Shown one piece after another: positions 20,043 to 29,424 of a DNA stretch of 64,000 bases (position 1 is the stretch's first letter; each line of letters begins with the position of its first letter). Below the pieces are notes generated by a model. The model was not told the origin of the DNA and did no database searches. It saw only the letters and a program-made list of their open reading frames with translations. Made by a program: the position numbers and the translations under genes. This DNA is from an uncultured delta proteobacterium (GTDB lineage: Bacteria; Desulfobacterota; DSM-4660; Desulfatiglandales; HGW-15): assembly GCA_963740905.1 (NCBI GenBank), contig CAVUFY010000008.1, forward strand, positions 190,444 to 254,443, given 5' to 3'.

Positions 20043-20122
20043 GAACAAAATCCTTTCGACCGGTTCTCGGGACCCTTTCGCAGCAAAAGAACCAAGCGTT
20101 TGGTTGCCGCTAAAGGCCAGGA

Positions 20123-20272
20123 TTAAGGGTTCCCAGGGAAGAAAGTGTAACTGACCAGGATTAGTATTCCCAACAGCACAACGCCCAGAATCAAGCTCCA
20201 GGCGATCAACTTCTTTTCCACGGGGAGCAGAGGCTCGTACTCCTCGTTTTCTACCTGTTTTGTTTCGTCCAT
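20123..20272 (-). CDS. Small single-TM membrane protein (49 aa; below ORF-track cutoff)
   Basis: Strong SD AGAAGGAGGTG; MDETKQVENEEYEPLLPVEKKLIAWSLILGVVLLGILILVSYTFFPGNP; directly downstream of the YeiH-type gene. Confidence 0.8.
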   Translation of the reverse strand: MDETKQVENEEYEPLLPVEKKLIAWSLILGVVLLGILILVSYTFFPGNP

Positions 20273-20396
20273 CTGACCTCACCTCCTTCTGAAATGAAAT
20301 CCTCCGGACACCGGAGGTGCCCAGGTTCTTGCGGTTCTTTGCAGATCAAAAAGCTCCATTTTCCTCGGCCGGCAACCTCAAAGCCGGTCGCGTTCA

Positions 20397-21836
20397 TCAC
20401 GGCATCAGCGGTGGAGTCAGGCCGTGGAAGAAGACAAAGGATATGGCCAGCCCGATCCAGAGAATGAACCCGAAAAGACAAACCAGATACACGACTGCCA
20501 GCTTGCCGATGCCTTGCTCCCAAAGCTTACGGAAGTCGGATACCAAGCCAATGGAGAAAAAGGTGAGCACGAAAAACAACACACGGAAGGTATCCGCTTC
20601 CCCGGAAGCCAGCTTGGCCTGGTTCATGATGCCGGGTGCCGCCAGACCAATGATCAGCATGATGATGAAGGTCAGAAAGTAGCCGATGACAAACTTGGGA
20701 AAACGGTTCCAGATCTCGCCGCCCCCGACCCTCTGCGCACCGGGTTTGCGCTCAATGACCGTTGTCCAGACAACGGCCAGGACAAAGGCCCAGATGCCGA
20801 TGAACATGTCGATGAAGATCTTTGTGGTGGTGGATGCCATCAGCATCCAGCCTTCCTGCCACCGGATCCCCGCCGCTGCTGCCTTGCCCCTGATCAAGGC
20901 ATCAGTGATAGCCCCGCTGGCCACTGCAGCGCCGTCGGTCTTCACAGCCAATCCCATCCAGGCGCCTGCCACCATTGGCTGGTTGCTCAAGTATCTGGAG
21001 GCGAAGCCGGGCAGAATGACAAGCTCAACCACAGCGAAAATGACCACGAGAGAAGCCACCATGACCGGCACTACCGCCCTGGCCCGAATGGCGCCACCGG
21101 TGGCAATAGCGGCCGACACGCCGCAAATGGAAATGCCCGAGGCCAGAACGGCCGACCACTCCCGGTTGAACTTGAACAACTTGCGAGAGATGAGATACAC
21201 CAGCGCCCAGTAAATGAGGTATGCTTCCACGATCGCGCAGAGTCCTCTGAACAGGACGGCTGAGGCGAGACCTGTGGCCGAAGCCGCCTTGACTCCCAGT
21301 CCGGCTCCCAGAATCACGATGGCGGTCTTGATATACCACTCGGGCCTGGTCGCCTCTTTAAGATAGCCTGCGAATCCCTTAAAGAAATTGCCGATGATAA
21401 GTCCCACCAGCAGCGCGATGATAAAGCCCGATTCTCCGGTGAGGCGGAGCGAAAAACTTATGCCGAATTTCTTCAATCCCTCCGGGGTGTTCACGGCGAT
21501 CGGCGCCCAAGCTCCGATAAGCCAGCAGATATAGCTGATCCAGAAAATGAGAGTGAAACCACCGGCGAATTTGCCAAGGTTCAGACCCAAGGCTTTAGCA
21601 CCGACGCACGTGATGAGAAGCATAAATATGTAGGTCAGTATGAGGGACACGATGCCGGGTAAGCCGGCGTAGGCCTTGGATACGGCGCTGGTGGCTTGCG
21701 AAAGGCGGATCCATTCGTTTGTCTTCACTCCCCAACCCAGCAGGTCCGCTCCAAACAGGGTAAAGAGCGATATAACAAAAACGAACAGACCAATCCACAC
21801 GGACCACCAGTCTTCGGTCTTGAACAGGTTTTTCAT
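20397..21836 (-). CDS. Putative sulfate exporter / YeiH (UPF0324) family membrane protein
   Basis: TEDWWSVWIG, PEWYIKTAIVILG, SGISICGVSAAIATGGA, FPKFVIGY motifs; SD AAAGGAG. Confidence 0.9.
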   Translation of the reverse strand: MKNLFKTEDWWSVWIGLFVFVISLFTLFGADLLGWGVKTNEWIRLSQATSAVSKAYAGLPGIVSLILTYIFMLLITCVGAKALGLNLGKFAGGFTLIFWISYICWLIGAWAPIAVNTPEGLKKFGISFSLRLTGESGFIIALLVGLIIGNFFKGFAGYLKEATRPEWYIKTAIVILGAGLGVKAASATGLASAVLFRGLCAIVEAYLIYWALVYLISRKLFKFNREWSAVLASGISICGVSAAIATGGAIRARAVVPVMVASLVVIFAVVELVILPGFASRYLSNQPMVAGAWMGLAVKTDGAAVASGAITDALIRGKAAAAGIRWQEGWMLMASTTTKIFIDMFIGIWAFVLAVVWTTVIERKPGAQRVGGGEIWNRFPKFVIGYFLTFIIMLIIGLAAPGIMNQAKLASGEADTFRVLFFVLTFFSIGLVSDFRKLWEQGIGKLAVVYLVCLFGFILWIGLAISFVFFHGLTPPLMP

Positions 21837-22075
21837 GATTTGCTCCTTTCCTGATGGCAGCCAATCAGCGGCCCCACTGCATGACGTGCCAGATGAGGTA
21901 ACTGATCTATGGTGGTTGCGATGATGCCAATTTGCCGAACAAAAATAGCTTTTGACATTGCTGCACGACCATACACCCTACGTGAAGCGCCACAGTTGGC
22001 TTCTTACGTCGTTACCTTGTTCACCTCCTTTCTCACAGGAAGCCCCTAATGCGCGACAGATGAGACTATTCCCTG

Positions 22076-22747
22076 TCACCTCAGCGCAATCGGGAAAAAA
22101 GCCACTGAAACCGACAGGGTAATCACCGCCAATTCCCTACATACTGCTGGTTCTTCAACAAGAGAAATCACTAAAGGCAGCGAGACGGTCTTGGATTCCA
22201 GCGGATGCAGCCACAAAGAGAAGACCGTCTCCTCACTACGTTTGAGGGGGTGCTCCTCGGCCGTTTTGATCGCCTTAAAAGATTCTCTCGGGGGCTTTAG
22301 TTCTACTCTAATGCACGGCTCTGCCTCTTTAGACTCGAACTCGATGTGTCTGCCTATAACTGTCAACTCCGGATCCTGCACGGCCGACCGCGGCCAGCCA
22401 TGATATTCGCTGGCGCGCAAGCTCCGATGAATGTTTGATCTCCTTTGCCCGCTCCTTTCTTCGGCCGCTTTCTGAATAGTCGGTTTTGAGGTATCCGGTT
22501 CTGCAAACACGACTCGGATGTCGAAAGGATAATCAACAAATGCTCTGGGGCTGAATACCACCTGGTAGCCCTTGGATTTCAGATGCTTTTCGGTATCCGC
22601 CGTCAAGCCATCCACCGGGAAACAGGCCGTCTCTGCAGGATTCCGCTGGGCGACTTTGGGCTGCTCAACCTTGATAGCAAGGACATAAACGATTGCACCG
22701 AGCACGAAGATGAAAAAGAATGTTCCCAGGATCCATGTGGTTAACAT
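22076..22747 (-). CDS. Hypothetical protein with N-terminal TM anchor
   Basis: 223-aa ORF with a hydrophobic N-terminus; no family recognised. Confidence 0.6.
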   Translation of the reverse strand: MLTTWILGTFFFIFVLGAIVYVLAIKVEQPKVAQRNPAETACFPVDGLTADTEKHLKSKGYQVVFSPRAFVDYPFDIRVVFAEPDTSKPTIQKAAEERSGQRRSNIHRSLRASEYHGWPRSAVQDPELTVIGRHIEFESKEAEPCIRVELKPPRESFKAIKTAEEHPLKRSEETVFSLWLHPLESKTVSLPLVISLVEEPAVCRELAVITLSVSVAFFPIALR

Positions 22748-22787
22748 AGCAAATCTTTGCCCGGTTTCGTTGACCGGCGTGGGCAGA

Positions 22788-23192
22788 TTACCGCCTTTCT
22801 GTATTGAGGTATCGACGTCGTCGCCGGAAGAACTCTCTTGCCAGTAAAGCCATGCTGGTGCCGAAGAAAGCGGCAGCGAGGATTTTGGCTACTGCCTGCC
22901 GGTGGTCCAGCCCCAGCCAGACGGCAAGACCCAACAGCGTCCAGCCGGCCGCCAGGAACCATTGTTTTCGGATTGCGTTAGAAGCAATGAAGCTGGAGAG
23001 GATGTAGAGACCACCCATCATCACTTGTTTTTCCGGCGTGCCCCACACGACAACGCCGGTGAACGCACTGATGATCAGCAGAAGTCCCACTCCCAGAGGC
23101 ACCATAGCGAGCAGCAAGAGCCATTGGTGCCAGGACCGCCTGGAACCTCCGGATTTCGATGACGGGTTCCGGATAAGACTTTTGGTCCCCAT
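22788..23192 (-). CDS. Hypothetical 4-TM membrane protein
   Basis: 134 aa, four hydrophobic segments, basic C-terminus. Confidence 0.65.
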   Translation of the reverse strand: MGTKSLIRNPSSKSGGSRRSWHQWLLLLAMVPLGVGLLLIISAFTGVVVWGTPEKQVMMGGLYILSSFIASNAIRKQWFLAAGWTLLGLAVWLGLDHRQAVAKILAAAFFGTSMALLAREFFRRRRRYLNTERR

Positions 23193-23428
23193 TCGTGATG
23201 ATCCGTAATAAGGGGAATAAAAGCTTGATTTTTGCTAAATTAAGCATAGGGAATTTGCCATGCAGTGTCAATAAAAAAATCGCTCATGTTTTGCGGCCCT
23301 TCGGGTTTACTCAGCCTATGTGCTTGTTCGAGGATAGATGGGCGTGGTTGCTGAAATAGAATTCTAAACCTAAACTTATTCGAATGTTTTGGGAAAGTTC
23401 GTGGGCCAGGTCGGGGAGTGGTCTCGAA

Positions 23429-23528
23429 ACGGCGCAAGGCTCATGGCGCACGGTACACGGGAAAAGAATGAATGATTTTCGCCTTAGGCCATTTGCCGTA
23501 CGTCGTGTGCCTTGCACCGTGTGCCGTT
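23429..23528. repeat. Heptad-repeat hairpin element (ACGGCGC/GCCGTGT type)
   Basis: acggcgc aaggctc atggcgc acggtac acgg ... gccttag gccattt gccgtac gtcgtgt gccttgc accgtgt gccgt. Confidence 0.65.
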
Positions 23529-23597
23529 CTTAGACCTCCCCACGGTTCGGCTCTGGACAGACGTTTGGTTGCAGGGTGAAGGGCCGGCATCGTAGAA

Positions 23598-24976
23598 TTA
23601 TTCGCTCACAAGCTTGTCCAATATCCTGTGAATCTCCTCTTCGGGCAATACCGCTTCCTCGACGGCTGCTTCCCGGATGGTCCGGTTCGTTTCAAAAGCC
23701 TTCTTCGCCAGAGCCGCGGCCCTATCATATCCAATGTATGGAACCAAGGGCGTTGCCAAAGCGAGACTCTGTTCCAAAGAGGAGGAACATTTTCCCTTGT
23801 TGGCCGTGATGCCCTTGACACACTTCTCCGCCAGAACAGAGGCCGCCTCAGCCAGCCATTCTATGGACTGAAGCAGATCATAGGCCATAACGGGGAGCAT
23901 CACGTTGAGTTCAAAGTTGCCTGCCTGTCCCCCCAACGTGATCGCGCTGTCGTGGCCGATCACCTGAGCGCACACCTGAAGGACGGCTTCAGGAATGACC
24001 GGGTTCACTTTTCCCGGCATAATGGATGAGCCGGGTTGAAGGCTGGGAATGGTGATTTCACCAATACCGCACCGCGGTCCTGAAGAGAGCCAGCGAATGT
24101 CATTGGCGATCTTGATGAGACTCACTGCGATGGTCTTGAGAATCCCGCTTGCCTCGACAACCGAATCCTGCGCAGCCTGCGCTTCAAAATGGTTCACAGC
24201 TTCCCTTAATGAAATGCCCGTCTCATCTGATATCCTCGCGATCACCTTTGAAGCAAACTCAGGATGAGTATTCATCCCGGTTCCGACTGCCGTGCCTCCC
24301 AACGCGACCTCTGAAAGCCGCGGTTCCACCGCCCGAAGACGCTCCATCCCCAGTTGGACCTGCCGGGCGTAGCCGCTGAACTCTTGCCCGAGAGTCACAG
24401 GGACCGCATCCTGAAGATGGGTTCGGCCGATTTTCTTGATCTCGCGGAAAGCGTTGCTCTTTTCTTCCAGCGCTGTCCGGAGTCGATCCAAGGCAGGGAT
24501 AAGATGGGTCTCTATTTGAATTAATGCTGCGATGTGAATCGCTGTGGGGATGACATCGTTGCTTGACTGACCGAGATTCACGTGGTCATTGGGGTGGATG
24601 GGAACCTTCCCCCCCGCCGACCTGTGATCATTTCGTTGGCCCGGCCGGCGACGACCTCATTTGCATTCATGTTGGTAGAGGTCCCTGAACCGGTCTGAAA
24701 CACGTCTACCACAAATTGGGCATCTAGCTTTCCCTGGCAAACCTCCTCGGCTGCCGATGCGATCATCTCAGCCACATCCGGATCGAGGCGACCGAGTTCC
24801 TTGTTCACAAAGGCTGCATGCTTCTTGATCATGCCGAGGGCCCGGATCATGAACTTCGGAAACTTGAGCCCGCTCACGATGAAATTCTCCGCTGCACGTT
24901 GTGTCTGCGCGCCATAGTAAGCGCTTTCCGGTACTTTCACCTCGCCCATGCTGTCTTGCTCGGCACGAAAGTTCAT
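23598..24976 (-). pseudogene. fumC: Class II fumarate hydratase split by a one-base frameshift in a G7 run (24609-24615)
   Basis: N-half ([24 protein letters not shown]) and C-half ([26 protein letters not shown]) are in different frames. One extra G restores ...[15 protein letters not shown] and a 459-aa protein. Confidence 0.88.
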
Positions 24977-25028
24977 GATAAACACTCCTTTCTGTTTCCG
25001 CACGCTCCGCGTCGGAGACGCCTTCCTT

Positions 25029-25138
25029 TGGGGCTTCCACCATGACCCACTGACTTTTCGGCGCCGATTGACGCCACTGCAAAAGTGGTTGCGGCTCTTA
25101 AGAGACCACCCCTGGGCCGGACCTTAGACCTTCTCCGC
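25029..25138 (+). repeat. Repeat family F, longest copy (between citrate synthase and fumC)
   Basis: Aligns with 6691-6783 and with the reverse complement of 6399-6452. Confidence 0.75.
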
Positions 25139-25234
25139 GGCGGGAGAGGGCAAAACTCCGGCGGCCTCGGAACGAGAGAAAGAGAGTCATGATCCTTATC
25201 ATAGTTTCATTAAGCTGAAATGATACGCGCCGGA

Positions 25235-26416
25235 TCATTTCCTTGCATCCATGGGGTCGTATTCACATCCCATTAGCCCGCAATACTGGCCGACGTATTC
25301 AGCCTGTGGCCTGTAAAGGGCAGGCTTTTCCTGCGCCTCGGCAAACTTCTCTTCGATGATGTGGCTGCACCACCCGGATACCCTGGAAACTGCAAAGACC
25401 GGTGTCATGAGGTCACTTGGAATCCCCATGATGTGATAGACCGGCGCGCTGAAGAAATCCACGTTGGGCTGAATGTTGGTTTTTCCTCGCCTGGAAAATT
25501 CGTTGAGTCCGGCCTGCTCGATCTGGGTGGAGAGCACATGCCATCTGCTCTGCCCCGTCTTCTCTCCCAGGCGGAAAGCCATGTCCTTCAGAAACTTGGC
25601 TCTCGGGTCCATGGTTTTGTAAACAGCATGCCCCATCCCCATGATTCGTTCCCCGTTCTCCAACCTCTTCTTGACCCAGACGGGAATGTCCTTCTCCGTT
25701 TCCAGCTGAAGAAGCATCTTCATCACCTGGGCGTTGGCGCCCCCATGGAGGCTTCCGGAAAGCGCCCCGACGCCTGCCGCCACGCCCGCATACATATGGG
25801 CTTTTGTGGAGACCACCTCACGGCACGCAAACGTGGAGGCATTGAATGTATGGTCGGCATGAAGGATGAGGCATACATCAAAATCCCTTGCCAGTTCCGG
25901 ATCAGGCACTTTGCCCTGGAGCTGCCACAGGAAATTGGCCGCGTGAGGAAGAGAATCATCGGGTGCCAACGGTTCGAGCCCCTGACGTATCCTGTGCCAT
26001 CCTGCAACCACGGCAGGCACACGGGCGATGAGCCGCACAGCCATCCTGACGTTTGCCTCCCTGGTCTCTTCATTTACATCAGGATCGCTGACAGCAAGAA
26101 GCGGAACGGATGCCTGCAAGACATCCATGGGTCTTGCCCCGACAGGCCAGTGCTTCATGCTCTCGAACACGTGTCCCGGCACCTGTCTTGCTTCCTTGAT
26201 TTGTTTTTCGAAGCTTTCCAGCTGTTTTTTTCCCGGAAGGAGCCCGTTTAAGAGCAAAAAGGCCACCTCCGGAAAGGTCGAGTGCTCCGCCAGATCCTCG
26301 ATCCGGTAGCCCCGATAGATGAGCACTCCCTTTTCACCGTCTATAAAGCTGATCTTCGTGTCGGCGACGGCGACTCCCCGCAAACCGATGTTCTTCACAT
26401 TGACGACTTCAGGCAT
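25235..26416 (-). CDS. gltA: Citrate synthase (Si-type fold; citrate/2-methylcitrate group)
   Basis: GLRGV, LIYRGY, LHADHTFNAST, GSLHGGAN, MGMGHAVYK, PNVDFFS, SRVSGWCSH. Confidence 0.93.
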   Translation of the reverse strand: MPEVVNVKNIGLRGVAVADTKISFIDGEKGVLIYRGYRIEDLAEHSTFPEVAFLLLNGLLPGKKQLESFEKQIKEARQVPGHVFESMKHWPVGARPMDVLQASVPLLAVSDPDVNEETREANVRMAVRLIARVPAVVAGWHRIRQGLEPLAPDDSLPHAANFLWQLQGKVPDPELARDFDVCLILHADHTFNASTFACREVVSTKAHMYAGVAAGVGALSGSLHGGANAQVMKMLLQLETEKDIPVWVKKRLENGERIMGMGHAVYKTMDPRAKFLKDMAFRLGEKTGQSRWHVLSTQIEQAGLNEFSRRGKTNIQPNVDFFSAPVYHIMGIPSDLMTPVFAVSRVSGWCSHIIEEKFAEAQEKPALYRPQAEYVGQYCGLMGCEYDPMDARK

Positions 26417-26440
26417 GGGAAACCTCCTTGGATAAACGGC

Positions 26441-26516
26441 GCAATGGAGCAGTAGAGCAATGAAACAATGGTATTTTCTGGTTCTCGCCCAACACTCCGG
26501 TACTCCTTCAATCCGA
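26441..26516. repeat. Degenerate octamer-repeat element between acn and gltA
   Basis: gcaatgga gcagtaga gcaatgaa acaatggt ... caacactcc ggtactcc ttcaatcc. Confidence 0.45.
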
Positions 26517-26557
26517 CTATCTCTCTATTTTAGCCACTTTAGCGCACTTTGGGCATT

Positions 26558-28498
26558 TTAGGCACCCTTCAATTCCTCCTTCACATAATTCAATGTTCCC
26601 CCGGCCAAAAGATGCTTCCGCTGACGGTCCGACACATCCAGCACGGTCATCACTTCGTAACCGTCGCTGCGAGCAGGGATTTCTCTTTCCCCTTGCTCAA
26701 GACGCTTACGGATATCCGGGAAGATGATATCGGCGCCTTGTCTAAACCGATCGTAGTCGGCAGGATCCTTGAAAACAAGGGGAAGGATACCGAAGTTGCA
26801 GAGGTTAGCCTTGTGAATTCTCGCGAAGCTCTTCGCGATCTTGGCACGGACGCCCAGATACCGCGGCGCCAAAGCAGCATGCTCCCGGCTTGACCCCTGT
26901 CCGTAGTTCTCCCCGCCAATGACGACGCCGTTCCCTGAGTCCTTGCACCTCTTTGGGAAATCCGAATCAATCTGATAGAACACAAATTCGCTGATGGCTT
27001 CAACATTGGAACGAAGAGGCAGGATCCTGTTCCCGGCTGGCATGATTGCATCCGTGGAGATATTATCCCCTACCTTTATGACTACCCTTGCTTTGAGCGT
27101 TTCAGGAAGGGGTTCCATTCGAGGAAGAGGACGGATACCCGGGCCTCTGACGACTTTCGCCCGGCGCCGTTCAGAACCGGGGTGAACAATGGACACCTCG
27201 TCAACCAGATACTTCTCCGGATCCTGAACTCTGGGGTACGCCATCTCCTTGCCCAAGTCTCGGGGGTCCGTTATCACCCCTCTTAGTGCCGCCGCCGCAC
27301 CCGTTTCAGGTGAGCAAAGGTAGACCTGGTCGTCTTTTGTTCCGGACCGGCCCGGAAAGTTCCGCGGGAACGTTCGAAGGCTGATCTGCCCTGACCCCGG
27401 CGCCTGCCCCATGCCGATGCAACCCAAACAACCCGATTCATGAACCCTTGCACCTGCCATGAGCAGTGAAACAAGCCCTTCATGGCGCGCCACATTCTCA
27501 AGAACCTGCTTGCTCCCGGGATTAATGTGGAGATCCGTGTCAGGATGTCGTTGCCTGCCTTCCAGTATTTTCGCCACCACCATCAGGTCCCGGAACGAAG
27601 AATTCACGCTGCTCCCAATGATCACCTGATGAACCTTGCGGCCCGCCACTTCCCGCAGAGGAACTACATTTCCGGGCGAAGAAGGACAAGCTATGAGAGG
27701 TTCCAGGGTAGAAAGGTCCATCGCGTCATCCTCGTCATAAGTTGCTCCCTCATCCGCAGAAAGGGAACGCCAATCCCGTTCGCGTCCCTGGGCTTTCAGA
27801 TAAGCCAGGGTGTTTTCATCGGAAGGGAAGACCGAACTCGTAGCCCCCAGTTCGGTGCCCATATTGCCGATGGTCTCTCGATCCGTTGCTGAAAGGGCTT
27901 TGACGCCCGGGCCGTAGTACTCTACGATCTTGCCCACGCACGCCTTTACGTCATACCGACGAAGCATCTCCAGGATCACGTCCTTGGCACTAACCCAGTC
28001 GGGCAGACTCCCTGTCAGCCTTACTCCGAGGACCTTCGGGCAGGGCAGGAAATAAGGTTTGCCCGCCATGGCGAGCGCTACGTCCAGACCCCCGGCCCCT
28101 ATTCCCAGCATGGAAACGCCTGCTGCGCCCGGCGTATGGCTGTCCGACCCAAGGACGATTTTCCCCGGGACGCCGAACCTTTCCATGTGCACCTGATGCG
28201 AAACGCCGTTTCCGGGCGGGCTGAAATGAATCCCATACCTCGCGGAGGCCGTATGGAGGTAGGCGTGGTCATCGGCATTCTTGTTGTCCGTTTGAAGGAT
28301 GTTGTGGTCTATGTACTGGACCGAAAGTTCCGCCTTCACCTTGTCGATGCCCAGGGATTCGAACTCCAGCATCGCCATGGTGCCGGTGGCATCCTGCAAA
28401 AGGGTATGGTCGATGGTGATGCCGATCTCCTCTCCGGGGATCAGCTTTCCCTCAACCAGGTGAGCGTCCAAGATCTTGTGTACTAAGTTTTTTGGCAT
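26558..28498 (-). CDS. acnA: Aconitate hydratase (single-chain, about 650-aa type)
   Basis: QDATGTMA, SHQVHMERF, GSDSHT, GCLGCIGMG, RNFPGRSG, NYGQGSSREHAA. Confidence 0.93.
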   Translation of the reverse strand: MPKNLVHKILDAHLVEGKLIPGEEIGITIDHTLLQDATGTMAMLEFESLGIDKVKAELSVQYIDHNILQTDNKNADDHAYLHTASARYGIHFSPPGNGVSHQVHMERFGVPGKIVLGSDSHTPGAAGVSMLGIGAGGLDVALAMAGKPYFLPCPKVLGVRLTGSLPDWVSAKDVILEMLRRYDVKACVGKIVEYYGPGVKALSATDRETIGNMGTELGATSSVFPSDENTLAYLKAQGRERDWRSLSADEGATYDEDDAMDLSTLEPLIACPSSPGNVVPLREVAGRKVHQVIIGSSVNSSFRDLMVVAKILEGRQRHPDTDLHINPGSKQVLENVARHEGLVSLLMAGARVHESGCLGCIGMGQAPGSGQISLRTFPRNFPGRSGTKDDQVYLCSPETGAAAALRGVITDPRDLGKEMAYPRVQDPEKYLVDEVSIVHPGSERRRAKVVRGPGIRPLPRMEPLPETLKARVVIKVGDNISTDAIMPAGNRILPLRSNVEAISEFVFYQIDSDFPKRCKDSGNGVVIGGENYGQGSSREHAALAPRYLGVRAKIAKSFARIHKANLCNFGILPLVFKDPADYDRFRQGADIIFPDIRKRLEQGEREIPARSDGYEVMTVLDVSDRQRKHLLAGGTLNYVKEELKGA

Positions 28499-28612
28499 AA
28501 TTTTTCTCACTCCGTGATCGCATTGGTATTCTCCTCATTAATTGGAATGATGCGCCGCAGGTTCAAGCCTCGAGTTCACATTCCTCTTCATCCCCATTGT
28601 TCCACTATTCCA

Positions 28613-29413
28613 TCATTCCATTCTCTTATAGAGTATGCCCACCCCGAACGGATCGTCCATAGCTTCACCGATCGCCTTCTTTAGACTAGAAGGGTCATGG
28701 CTTTCCTTGAGGGGATGGACCCACTCCTTGAGGTGATCCCAGGTCTTAAACTGTTTGTCAAAGGTAACACAGGACGTATACACATGAAAGATGGCAAACC
28801 CGTGATGCTGAATCCCCTCCATGAGGGTCTTGGTGATGCCTTCCGGGTCGCCGGCAAACAGGCGCGCCACGAAAGAGGCCCCGTAGGAAAGAGCCAGCAG
28901 GCTGGCGTTTAACGGATTATCCGCGGTGCCCTGGGGCGAAGCCTTTGTTTTGAACCCCACCGGAGAACTGGGAGACGGCTGTCCCTTGGTCAGCCCGTAA
29001 ATGGAGTTATCGAAAAGAAGGTAGTTCACATCTATGTTACGCCGGCAGATGTGGGGAAGATGACCTCCCCCGATGCCCAGGCCGTCACCGTCCCCCCCTA
29101 CGGCAAACACCGTCAGTTCGGGGTTGGCCAGCTTTACGCCTGTCGCCACGGGGAGTGTCCTTCCGTGAACCGTGTGCAAGCCGTAGGTGTGAGTGAAAAA
29201 AGGATAACGGCCGGCACACCCGATGCCTGACACGGTAACGACCTTGTGATGAGGCAAGCCCAATCGCTGAATCGCGTTATTCAAGCCCTGATGAATTCCG
29301 AAATAGCCGCACCCGGGGCACCAGGTGGGAAGGCTCTCGGAGCGGATATCCAAGTCCCGGGACGCCTGAATCTTCGCCACCTGCGCGCTAAGTACTTTAC
29401 CCGACGTTTTCAT
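28613..29413 (-). CDS. korB: 2-oxoacid:ferredoxin oxidoreductase beta subunit (probably 2-oxoglutarate, by context)
   Basis: TWCPGCG, SGIGCAGR, HGRTLP, GGDGDG, DNSIYGLTKGQPSP TPP-binding motifs. Confidence 0.9.
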   Translation of the reverse strand: MKTSGKVLSAQVAKIQASRDLDIRSESLPTWCPGCGYFGIHQGLNNAIQRLGLPHHKVVTVSGIGCAGRYPFFTHTYGLHTVHGRTLPVATGVKLANPELTVFAVGGDGDGLGIGGGHLPHICRRNIDVNYLLFDNSIYGLTKGQPSPSSPVGFKTKASPQGTADNPLNASLLALSYGASFVARLFAGDPEGITKTLMEGIQHHGFAIFHVYTSCVTFDKQFKTWDHLKEWVHPLKESHDPSSLKKAIGEAMDDPFGVGILYKRME

Positions 29414-29424
29414 CTTTCTTTCCG

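Noticed and set aside
22021-22033. Perfect SD (AGAAAGGAGGTGA, minus strand) upstream of the exporter
   Set aside because: No start codon at a usable distance and all frames close within a few codons; I could not support a leader peptide or riboswitch.
24578-25003. fumC halves as two genuine genes or a programmed frameshift
   Set aside because: The break falls inside a conserved catalytic-domain segment and I know no precedent for recoding in fumC; an indel in the G-run explains it.
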